Shown here in pieces: positions 20,428 through 28,923 of a DNA stretch of 64,000 nucleotides. The notes beneath the pieces are model-generated. The model was not told the DNA's origin, searched no databases, and worked only from the letters and a program-made list of their open reading frames with translations. The DNA is from an uncultured delta proteobacterium (GTDB taxonomy: Bacteria; Myxococcota_A; Polyangia; Polyangiales; Polyangiaceae). The stretch lies in NCBI GenBank assembly GCA_963850305.1, contig CAWKKR010000008.1, positions 1,120,001 to 1,184,000 on the forward strand, read 5' to 3'. How positions within the stretch are numbered: the first letter of the stretch is position 1; each line of letters opens with the position of its first letter. The translations under genes and the position numbers were made by a program.

Positions 20428-22131
20428 ATGTCGTTTCGCGCGGATGAGTTCGAGCTCGATCGATATCCGTACGCGGCCCGACGCGTGCCCATCTTCGCGC
20501 CGCACGGCGCGGTCGCGACGAGCGAACCCCTTGCCGCACAAGCGGGGCTCCGCATCTTGCAGCGCGGCGGCAATGCCGTCGATGCCGCGGTCGCCACCGC
20601 CGCGACGCTGACCGTAGTCGAGCCGACTTGCAACGGGATCGGCGGCGATGCCCTTGCACTCGTCTGGGACGGCTCGGCGCTTCATGGGCTCAACGGGTCC
20701 GGACGCGCGCTCGCCGCACATACCCCTGAACTCTTCTCTAAGCTCGAGCTCGATCACGTGCCTCCGCACGGCTGGCTCCCGGTGACGGTTCCGGGCGTTC
20801 CCGCGTGCTGGAGGGATCTTCATCAGCGCTTCGGCAAGCTGCCGTTCGAGGCGCTGTTCGAGTCGGCCATCGAATACGCCACGGATGGCTTTTCCGTTGC
20901 GCCCGTCACGGCTCAGCGCTGGCGCGCGGCAGCCGCCATTCACGCCGCCCGGACCAGCGACGAGCCCGCAATCATGCCGTGGCGCGAAACGTTCACGCGA
21001 GACGGGCACGCGCCGCGTATCGGCGACAAGTGGTCGCTACCCGATCTCGCCTCGACCCTGAAGGAGCTCGCGGCGACCTCCTGCGAGTCCTTCTACCAAG
21101 GCAAGCTCGCAAACCAGATCCTGAACTTCGCGGATGCCACGGGAGGCTATCTGACGCGCCGCGACCTCGCGAACCATCGGAGCACCTGGGTGACGCCCAT
21201 CAGCGCCAACTACCGTGGCTACGACGTATGGGAAATGCCACCCAGCACTTCGGGGATCGCGGCCCTGACGGCTCTGAACATTCTCGAGGGCTTCGATCTG
21301 GCGCGCCATCCGCGTGAATCGATCGATAGCTACCATCTCCAGATCGAGGCGATCAAGATCGCCCTCGGGGATGCGTACGGTTACCTCGCCGATCCCGACG
21401 TGACGGCGGTGCCGTTTCAGGTCCGTCTCGACAAGAGATACGCGGCGGAACAGCGACGGCATATCGGCGACAGGGCGCTGTCATCACCCCCGAGGGATCC
21501 CCCGCGAGGGGGAACCGTGTTTCTGACCGTCGCGGACGCCGACGGCATGATGGTCTCCTTCATTCAGTCGAACTACACCGGGTGGTTGCTCGGATTTGGT
21601 TCCGGCGTGGTGGTACCGAAGACGGGGATCGCGCTGCACAGCCGCGGCTGTGGCTTCACGCTGGACCCGCGTCACCCGAACGTGATCGCCCCGGGCAAAC
21701 GACCGTTTCACACACTGGCACCGTCATTTCTCACGCGGGACGGGAACGCCATTGGACCTTTCGGGATCATGGGCGGACCGATGCAGCCGCAGGGACACGT
21801 ACAGTTCATCGTGAACCAGATCGACCACGGGATGAATCCGCAGGCATGCGTCGACGCGCCCCGGTTCCAGTGGATCAGCGGGAACGTCGTCGAAGTGGAG
21901 CTCGGCGTGCGCCCCGAGTTGGTGCAGGGCCTGGTCGTCCGCGGACACGACGTCCGACCGTGCGTCGATTTCGCCGCGATTCCCCCGCGGCTCAGCGGCC
22001 CCTTCCTAGGAAGCGGGGGCATGGCGAGCAGCGGGGACTTCGGCAAGGCGCAGATCATCCGGCGTCTCGGGAACGGCACGTACGTCGCGGCAAGCGATTG
22101 GCGCTCCGACGGTTGCGCCGTCGGTTATTGA
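20428..22131 (+). CDS. ggt: Gamma-glutamyltransferase family protein (YwrD-like, no signal peptide)
   Basis: GGNAVDAAVA, VVEPTCNGIGGD, VTVPG, nucleophile Thr in GGTVFLTVAD, KRPFHTL, MGGPMQPQGH, SDWRSDG. Confidence 0.93.
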   Translation: MSFRADEFELDRYPYAARRVPIFAPHGAVATSEPLAAQAGLRILQRGGNAVDAAVATAATLTVVEPTCNGIGGDALALVWDGSALHGLNGSGRALAAHTPELFSKLELDHVPPHGWLPVTVPGVPACWRDLHQRFGKLPFEALFESAIEYATDGFSVAPVTAQRWRAAAAIHAARTSDEPAIMPWRETFTRDGHAPRIGDKWSLPDLASTLKELAATSCESFYQGKLANQILNFADATGGYLTRRDLANHRSTWVTPISANYRGYDVWEMPPSTSGIAALTALNILEGFDLARHPRESIDSYHLQIEAIKIALGDAYGYLADPDVTAVPFQVRLDKRYAAEQRRHIGDRALSSPPRDPPRGGTVFLTVADADGMMVSFIQSNYTGWLLGFGSGVVVPKTGIALHSRGCGFTLDPRHPNVIAPGKRPFHTLAPSFLTRDGNAIGPFGIMGGPMQPQGHVQFIVNQIDHGMNPQACVDAPRFQWISGNVVEVELGVRPELVQGLVVRGHDVRPCVDFAAIPPRLSGPFLGSGGMASSGDFGKAQIIRRLGNGTYVAASDWRSDGCAVGY

Positions 22132-22203
22132 CGCGACTCGCGACGTCGCATCGAGACGGAGCTCCCGTAGCCGTCTGCGACGGCCCCTCGGGCGCATTCG
22201 CGG

Positions 22204-22779
22204 TCAGCTCTTCCAGATGATCTCGAACGCCGCTTCGTCGGTGCTGGGCTTCTCGAGCGACCATCCCGTGACGGTCGTACGCTCGAGGGATTTTCCCATC
22301 GTCTGAAGAGCAAACGTCACGAAGCCGGTCGCGGTGCATGCGGCGTGGTCGAACCCGCTGGTGCCGAGCACCTGGCAGACGAGCTTCGTGTCCGTAACAT
22401 CGACGATCAGCTTCCCGCGATTGCAGTCGCGACTCCATAGGTCCGGGACCTTCTTTGCGAAGAGCGCGGGCGTCAGCATCTTCATCAACAATCTGAGGAA
22501 TGTGTTCGTCGCCTCTCGCGCCATGCTCGCGCCGCATCCGATCAGAAGATCCCTGGCGCGGTCCTGGTCGCCGCCAGCCAGTGTTGCAATTGCCGCGGTT
22601 ACCTCGGACATGGCCGAGACCGGCGCCCACGCGCCTGCCTTCCCGCCCACGACTACCTCGCGCGTCTGCGGTGCAAACGCATCGACGATGCGCTGCCCCT
22701 CGGAACCTGCCAGCTCACGGAGATAGTCCACCGAGGCCAGCACCATGTATCCGCGCACCTGAAACTGCTCTTGAGCCAT
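22204..22779 (-). CDS. Hypothetical protein resembling myxobacterial DUF2378/V4R-like proteins
   Basis: VRG...W.PV..M...G..MA...TFLRLLMKMLTP......PDLWSR pattern; terminal W. Confidence 0.6.
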   Translation of the reverse strand: MAQEQFQVRGYMVLASVDYLRELAGSEGQRIVDAFAPQTREVVVGGKAGAWAPVSAMSEVTAAIATLAGGDQDRARDLLIGCGASMAREATNTFLRLLMKMLTPALFAKKVPDLWSRDCNRGKLIVDVTDTKLVCQVLGTSGFDHAACTATGFVTFALQTMGKSLERTTVTGWSLEKPSTDEAAFEIIWKS

Positions 22780-23368
22780 GATTTCGTCCTGTTCTAGAAA
22801 CGCCACGCGCTGCAGGATCGCATCGCGCACTCTCCCCGATTGATGCCCCGAGCCCCGGAGCCCAGCTGCAATCCTGCTCCTGGACCAGTCATGAGTGACG
22901 ACTCGGAACCGACTCTTCGACGGTAACTTTACAGCTAACCGAACGCCGTCGGATCCGTCAATACGGATGCGTCGACGGCAGCCACGTTTGGTCGGCAGGA
23001 GTACGACGATGTCCGTCGCGCTTCTTCATTCTGTGAGGGCATCGACGCACTCCGCGCGCTCCTTTTCACGACAGCGCTTGGCTTCGAAACGCGCATCGAA
23101 AAACCTTGCTGTCACGAAAACACAACTTCGATCCGTGTAGGTCATGACTAACGCGTCCCAGTCGGAACCAAGAGAGGGCCACAATTGGTACCTCCGCCTT
23201 CCCGTCGTGTGCCCACGGTGCCCACGCTCACGAAGCGAGTCCCCAGCGAAACATGGACCTATACAGAAAGAGAGCGATCCGTTAGGTTGAAAGGCCCTGA
23301 TGAGTCCCGTGCGGTCGTATCGGGCGCGCCTGGGCGCGGAATGACCGAAAGCGCGCTGAGCAGACCAA

Positions 23369-24001
23369 ATGGAGGCCGTGTTCGAGAAGGCGCTAGCTGT
23401 CCTCGTGCAGCATATTTCCCCGGTAAACGCCCGATCCTTGTTGCTGCGCGCACTCCACGAGCAGCGCCTTACACCGCGGGATCTGACGAAGCAGGACCTG
23501 AGCAAGTGCAGCGTCGCACTCCGTCGGGGCGTCGCCCTTTTCGTGGAACCAGAACGCCGCCAGGCGGCGCTGCGGACAATCGCCGACCTGTGCGGGGAGG
23601 ATCCGACTGCGCTCGATCCATGCCTCCTTCAGATCACCACCGAGTCCGACATCGGGAAGGCTCGAGCGGAAGCGCGGCGGATCTGCGATGCGATCGGTGC
23701 CTCGCCGTTCGTGATGCAGAAGATCGCGACCATCATGAGCGAGCTAGCGCGCAACATGGTGCTCTATGCCGGCGGGGGCGTGGTCGAAATGATCGCGATG
23801 AACACCGGACAGCGGCGTGTGCTCATCCGTGCAACGGATCGCGGCAGGGGCATTCCGAATCTCGAGGAGGTCATGTCGGGCAAATACAAGAGCAAGACGG
23901 GCATGGGGCGTGGCTTGCTCGGGTCGAAGCGTCTGGCCGATCGGTTCGACGTCTCCACGGGAACGGCGGGCACGCGCGTATCGTTGGAGGTCTTCTTATG
24001 A
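23369..24001 (+). CDS. rsbT: RsbT-type serine kinase (GHKL) with an N-terminal helical extension
   Basis: IATIMSELARNMVLYAGGG, DRGRGI, GMGRGLLGSKRLADRFDV, GTRV. Confidence 0.88.
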   Translation: MEAVFEKALAVLVQHISPVNARSLLLRALHEQRLTPRDLTKQDLSKCSVALRRGVALFVEPERRQAALRTIADLCGEDPTALDPCLLQITTESDIGKARAEARRICDAIGASPFVMQKIATIMSELARNMVLYAGGGVVEMIAMNTGQRRVLIRATDRGRGIPNLEEVMSGKYKSKTGMGRGLLGSKRLADRFDVSTGTAGTRVSLEVFL

Positions 24002-24564
24002 AGTTCCGCGTGGCCCATTCATCGTCGCCGATGGTCGGAGAAACCGCGAACGGCGACAGGGCCGTCTTCCGGACGGACGAAGAGGACCGCACGCTCATCG
24101 CGGTTATCGACGCTCTGGGACACGGGCCCGGCGCAGCAGTCGTCGCCGACGCCGCTGCGGAGTGTTTGGCTCAGATCTCTCTGGAGTCGACGATGCTCGA
24201 CGTCGTCCAGACGCTGCACGCGAAACTCGCCGGATCGCGCGGGGCCGCCGGGACCCTGTGCCTCTTTCGCGAGCGAAACGTCGAGGCGTGCGCCGTCGGG
24301 AACGTGGAGCTGCGATGTGCAGATCTCCGGCTGCCGCTCGTGTTCTCGGCCGGAGTTCTCGGCGCGAGAGTGGCGAAGTTCCATGTGTGCCGCGCCGTCA
24401 TACCCGGGCGCGCGCGCTGCGTTCTATTTTCGGACGGGATCTCGTTGCGAGTACCGCTCGAGGACGTGCGGGGGCTTCCACCAGACGAGGCATGCAACGT
24501 CATCCTCACGAAGTATCGGCGAAAAGAAGACGATTCAACGGTCCTCGTGGCTGACATGGAGTGA
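23998..24564 (+). CDS. rsbX: RsbX-type PP2C/SpoIIE phosphatase
   Basis: GETANGD, AVIDALGHG, SRGAA, VGNV, FSDGI, DDSTV; ATG overlaps the rsbT stop. Confidence 0.85.
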   Translation: MKFRVAHSSSPMVGETANGDRAVFRTDEEDRTLIAVIDALGHGPGAAVVADAAAECLAQISLESTMLDVVQTLHAKLAGSRGAAGTLCLFRERNVEACAVGNVELRCADLRLPLVFSAGVLGARVAKFHVCRAVIPGRARCVLFSDGISLRVPLEDVRGLPPDEACNVILTKYRRKEDDSTVLVADME

Positions 24565-24570
24565 GCTTCA

Positions 24571-25023
24571 ATGGACGACGGCTATCATCGGATACCAATC
24601 ATCGAGTTCTGGGATCTCCTTCTGGTCCCGCTCCAGGGCGACATGACGGACGACATGGCGAGCCGCCTGGTGTCGGAGGTCCTCGATCGGATCCATCGGA
24701 GCGGAGCTTCCGGTCTGATGATCGACATCACGGGCCTGTGGCTCGTGGACAGCCATCTGTGCGCCGTGCTCTCCCAGCTCGCCGCTGCAGCGTCGCTGAT
24801 GGGAGCGCGCACGCTGATCTCCGGAATGAAACCCGAGATAGCCATGGCTCTCGAAACGATGGGAATCAAGCTGGCGAACGTGACGACGACGCTCGATCTC
24901 GAAACGGCGCTCGGGCTTCTCGGCGTGGGTCGACCGAATCTCGACGTCACCCGGCTCGACGCGCTCGATCTCGCCGAATCAGGGGCGGGCGCAAATTCCT
25001 TCCCCGCGGAGGCTTCCAAGTGA
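24571..25023 (+). CDS. rsbS: RsbS-type STAS antagonist
   Basis: IPII...LLVPLQGDMTDD, IDITGLWLVDS (phosphorylated Ser position), ASLMGA...GMKPEIAMAL. Confidence 0.88.
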   Translation: MDDGYHRIPIIEFWDLLLVPLQGDMTDDMASRLVSEVLDRIHRSGASGLMIDITGLWLVDSHLCAVLSQLAAAASLMGARTLISGMKPEIAMALETMGIKLANVTTTLDLETALGLLGVGRPNLDVTRLDALDLAESGAGANSFPAEASK

Positions 25024-25691
25024 AGAGCGGAGATTCCCCGGACGTCGAAGCCGAGCTGGTCCACTCGGTCGGCGCGCTTTTGTCCGTGGTTGCGGCGGTC
25101 GGCAGGGGCGACCTTTCGCAGAGGCTCGAGGTTCACTATCCGGATTCGCACCCGGTCGGCGCTCTCGTTCAGAGCGTCAACTACATGGTCGACGCGCTGG
25201 CGGAGGCGCGTTCCACTTCGGCCGCGTCTCTCGCCCAGCTGAGTGATCGCATCGCGACGATCGAACACCAGCGTGAGGCCATTCGTAACTTGACGGTCCC
25301 CGTCATCGAGATCTGGGCGGGCGTGCTCTGCGCGCCGGTCGTCGGAGTGCTCGACAGCGTGCGCGCAGCGGACGTCACCCAGACGCTCCTGCAAGCCGTG
25401 GTCGAAATGAAGGCGCAACACGTGATCATCGACGTCACCGGCGTCGAAGTGATGGACACTCAATCGGCTGATCATTTTCTCCGCATCGCACGTGCCGTGA
25501 TGTTGCTCGGCGCTCGGTGCGCGCTCTCGGGGATGCATCCGAACATTGCCCGTACCATCGTCCACATGGGCGTGGATCTTCAGGGCCTCAAGAGCTACCG
25601 GAACATGCGAGACGCGCTCCGACACTGCGTCCACGACGTTCGTGCACGCCGCGCTGGACGCACACCTGGTGGAGCTTCCAGGGCCCCGTGA
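25020..25691 (+). CDS. rsbR: RsbR-type protein (HAMP-like + coiled coil + STAS)
   Basis: IRNLTVPVIEIW, PVVGVLDSVRA, IDVTGVEVMDT; N-terminal GDLSQRL...VGALVQSVNYMVDAL. Confidence 0.85.
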   Translation: MKSGDSPDVEAELVHSVGALLSVVAAVGRGDLSQRLEVHYPDSHPVGALVQSVNYMVDALAEARSTSAASLAQLSDRIATIEHQREAIRNLTVPVIEIWAGVLCAPVVGVLDSVRAADVTQTLLQAVVEMKAQHVIIDVTGVEVMDTQSADHFLRIARAVMLLGARCALSGMHPNIARTIVHMGVDLQGLKSYRNMRDALRHCVHDVRARRAGRTPGGASRAP

Positions 25692-25752
25692 TGCCCCGGA
25701 AGGACCCCCAAACCGCTCGAGAAAGGTCCGAAGAATCGTGAGCTCCGCGACG

Positions 25753-26361
25753 ATGTCCGAAGACGAGATCCTGGAAGCAGTGGCTGACGCTTTGTTGACG
25801 CTCGCGAACGTCGGGTATGGGGACTACTCGACTCGCCTGACGATCGACCCGAACGACACTGGCCCGTTGACGACCCTTTACATCGGCATCAACGAGATGA
25901 TCGCGTCGCTCAGCATCGAACAAGACAAGAGTCGAGCCTATCAGGCCGAGCTCGAGGAGAAATTAGCGACGATCGAGAAACAGCGAGAAACGATCCGTGA
26001 ACTGTCCACGCCGATCATGGAGGTCTGGGACGGCGTGCTCTGCCTCCCGGTGGTCGGAATCATGGATACCGTCCGCAGCGCGGAGATGACGACGTCGCTA
26101 CTTCAAGCGGTGGTCGAGAAGAAGACGAGGTGCACTATCATCGATATCACGGGCATCGACGTCATGGACACGCGGACGGTCGATCACTTCATGCGTATGG
26201 CGCGTGCCGTTCGGCTCCTCGGAGCGGATTGCGTTCTGACTGGGATCAACCCGCACATCGCACAGACGGTCGTGCACATGGGGATCGACCTCACGAACGT
26301 CGTCACTCACCGGACCCTCCACGAGGCGTTGCAGCAGTACGTGGAGCGGAGCTCCCGCTGA
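25753..26361 (+). CDS. rsbR: Second RsbR-type protein (HAMP-like + coiled coil + STAS)
   Basis: IRELSTPIMEVWDGVLCLPVVGIMDTVRS, IDITGIDVMDT, RLLGA...TGINPHIAQT; start may be GTG 25738. Confidence 0.88.
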   Translation: MSEDEILEAVADALLTLANVGYGDYSTRLTIDPNDTGPLTTLYIGINEMIASLSIEQDKSRAYQAELEEKLATIEKQRETIRELSTPIMEVWDGVLCLPVVGIMDTVRSAEMTTSLLQAVVEKKTRCTIIDITGIDVMDTRTVDHFMRMARAVRLLGADCVLTGINPHIAQTVVHMGIDLTNVVTHRTLHEALQQYVERSSR

Positions 26362-26368
26362 CATCGGA

Positions 26369-26818
26369 ATGCCGCACTGCGACGTCCGTGACTGGGTAGA
26401 CGTCTTTCACGTGCAGCGCACCGTCGCGGGCTTCGCGCGCGATGTCGGGTTTTCGAGGCTCGAGAGCAACGAACTGGCGATCGTCGGATCCGAGCTCACC
26501 TCGAATATCTTGAAGTACGGAGTCGTGGGTGCGGTGGACGTGGAGCCGTACGTGGACACTCGGGGTGGGGGACTGACTCTCATCGCGACGGACCGCGGCC
26601 CTCCATTTCACAATCTCGACGCCGCGCTGCAAGACGGCTGTGACGATCGGGGTCCGATCGATCCGCTCCAGATGCTGACACGGCGAGGGATCGGAGGGGG
26701 CCTCGGGGCCGTGCTGCGCCTGTCACATTCTTTCCGCGTCGAGCCTCACCCTGGGGGTAAGAGAGTTCACGTGATTCGCTACCTCTCATCGGTCAAACCC
26801 ACGCGCGGCTCCCCGTGA
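26369..26818 (+). CDS. Second RsbT-like GHKL kinase / anti-sigma regulatory factor
   Basis: ELAIVGSELTSNILKYG, DRGPPF, GIGGGLGAVLRLSHSF. Confidence 0.8.
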   Translation: MPHCDVRDWVDVFHVQRTVAGFARDVGFSRLESNELAIVGSELTSNILKYGVVGAVDVEPYVDTRGGGLTLIATDRGPPFHNLDAALQDGCDDRGPIDPLQMLTRRGIGGGLGAVLRLSHSFRVEPHPGGKRVHVIRYLSSVKPTRGSP

Positions 26819-27567
26819 CCCTGTTCGGCCATGCGCTACTTGTCGTTTCCGGAGGCGTCGCGGGCGCACTGAATTCCGTGGCTGGCGGGGGAAGCTTTCT
26901 GACCTTTCCTTCGCTCGTGTGCGTCGGCGTCCCGCCGGTCATCGCGAATGCGACAAGCGCGGTGGCACTCTGGCCCGCCCAGCTCGCGAGCACCGTCGCG
27001 TACCGGCGTGAGCTCGCAGGAGTTCGACGCTGGATCCTCGCGCTGGCCATCGTCAGCGCCGCGGGAGGCTTCACGGGCGCGCTCCTGCTGCTTCACACGT
27101 CGAATGCCATTTTTTCGCGGGTCATCCCGTATCTGCTGCTCGGGGCGTCGCTGCTCTTCACTTTCGGAAAGCGGTTCACGACGAGTCCGCCGGGCAGTGT
27201 AGGAGGGCTGCGGCGCGCCGTCGTCGCTCAGGCACTCGTCGCGATCTACGGAGGGTATTTCGGGGGCGGGATGGGAATCGTCATGCTCGCGCTGTTCTCG
27301 ACGCTCGGCATGACCAACATCCACGCGATGAACGCGCTGAAGACGATGTTGGCCGCCCTGATCAACCTCGTGGCCATCTCGACGTTCATCGCGGCGGGCG
27401 CGGTGGCGTGGCGCCCTGGAATCGTGATGGTCACGGCCGCCACCCTCGGCGGCTATTTCGGCGCGGCCGGCGCGCGGCACATTCGTCCAGCCCTCATCCG
27501 CCGCTTCGTCCTGATCGCTGCGTGGTCGATGACCGCCTACTTCTTCTTCAGAGCTTACGCGAGATGA
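26815..27567 (+). CDS. TauE/SafE (TSUP) family permease
   Basis: AGALNSVAGGGSFLTFP, ANATS, YGGYFGGGMGI, NALK. Confidence 0.9.
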   Translation: MTLFGHALLVVSGGVAGALNSVAGGGSFLTFPSLVCVGVPPVIANATSAVALWPAQLASTVAYRRELAGVRRWILALAIVSAAGGFTGALLLLHTSNAIFSRVIPYLLLGASLLFTFGKRFTTSPPGSVGGLRRAVVAQALVAIYGGYFGGGMGIVMLALFSTLGMTNIHAMNALKTMLAALINLVAISTFIAAGAVAWRPGIVMVTAATLGGYFGAAGARHIRPALIRRFVLIAAWSMTAYFFFRAYAR

Positions 27568-27606
27568 GCCAGGCGAGCCGAACGCCGGGCGACACTGCGA
27601 CTCGCG

Positions 27607-28923
27607 TCAGCGGAACGCGTCGATGATGCCCGCAAGGCTGGCCTGGCCACGCTTCGATTGTGTGCCGACCATGGCGACGCTGAGCGAATCGCGCACGAAC
27701 AGCCGCTGCGCGGCACCACGCACCTCGTCGATGGTGACGGCATCGATCTGTTCCCGCCGCATCGCAGGACTCGTGGCGTATCCGCGAAGCGTCGAGTCCG
27801 CGAAATACTCTGCCAAGTCCGCGCAATCGTCGATCATCGCGGTCAGCCCCCAGCGATGCCTCGCCTTCGCCTTGTCCAGTTCTGCCGGGTTCGGCCCGCC
27901 ATCGCGAAGATCGCGCACCACGTCGAGGATCTCCGTGAGCACTGCGCTCGTCCGTTCGTGGGCCGTGTCGCAGCCCACTTCGAGGAGACCGACGTCATCC
28001 GAAGCCTCGTAGCCCGCGGACACGTCGTAAGCGAGACCACGCTCGTCACAGATGCGCGTATAGAGGCGCGTCGAATTTCCATCGTCGAGGATCCGGAGAA
28101 GCAGCTCCGTGGCGGGCTCGAGGACGTCATGAGCACCAGGGCCGCGAAATCCGATGCGAAGCGACGTCTGGCTCGACGAGTACCGTACGACCTTCATCCG
28201 CGGCGTCGTCTGCGGCAGCGGCGGGGATGTCGACGCGAAATCTCCCCGAGGCATCGTCTGGAACCGATCCGCAACGAGACGTGTAACGGCACCCGCGTCG
28301 AAGGGGCCCGCAAGCGCAATGACGGAGCCTACGCCCACGTAATGCTTCTCGTGATGCCGCCGGAGGCTGTCGACCTCGAACGCCTCGACTCGATCGACCG
28401 TCCCGATGACGGGGAACCCGAGTGGGTGGCCCTCGAACACCAGTGCGCGAAGGAGGTCGTACCCGTCGATGACGGTGCCGTCTTCGTCGAGGTCCTCCAG
28501 AATTTCTTCGCGCACGATCCGCTTTTCCACGTCGAGGCCCCCGAGCAAGGGCTCCCTGTACGCGCGCGCGAAAAGCTCGAGAGTGCGAGCGAAATTCTCT
28601 GCCGGACACGCGATCGCCATCGAGCCGCTGTCGGAACCAGTGGCAGCGGCGAGAGTGCCTCCCAGAGACTCGAACGCGAGCGCTTGCTCGTGCGCCGTCG
28701 GGAAACCCGGGATTCCCCGATAGAGCATGTGCTCGAGAAGGTGACTGATGCCGTTGTTTGCTTCGGTCTCGTAGCGCGACCCCACCCGTAGGTGCGCCAC
28801 CATGGCAATCCGATGAACCGACGGGAGCGGGACTGCGACGATTCGAACCCCGTTCGACAGGGTGGTCGAAGTCGGCGATAGCGCGGCGAGCCCGGTAAAA
28901 TCCTGCGACGGACCGTTGATCAT
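27607..28923 (-). CDS. M16 (pitrilysin-type) zinc peptidase
   Basis: GSRYE...GISHLLEHMLYRG (HxxEH), EKRIVREE, STRLY..I..ERGLAY. Confidence 0.92.
   Translation of the reverse strand: MINGPSQDFTGLAALSPTSTTLSNGVRIVAVPLPSVHRIAMVAHLRVGSRYETEANNGISHLLEHMLYRGIPGFPTAHEQALAFESLGGTLAAATGSDSGSMAIACPAENFARTLELFARAYREPLLGGLDVEKRIVREEILEDLDEDGTVIDGYDLLRALVFEGHPLGFPVIGTVDRVEAFEVDSLRRHHEKHYVGVGSVIALAGPFDAGAVTRLVADRFQTMPRGDFASTSPPLPQTTPRMKVVRYSSSQTSLRIGFRGPGAHDVLEPATELLLRILDDGNSTRLYTRICDERGLAYDVSAGYEASDDVGLLEVGCDTAHERTSAVLTEILDVVRDLRDGGPNPAELDKAKARHRWGLTAMIDDCADLAEYFADSTLRGYATSPAMRREQIDAVTIDEVRGAAQRLFVRDSLSVAMVGTQSKRGQASLAGIIDAFR

Noticed and set aside
16216..27606. Accessory block as an integrative mobile element
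   Set aside because: No integrase, transposase, tRNA or flanking direct repeats were seen; it is accessory-looking by gene content only
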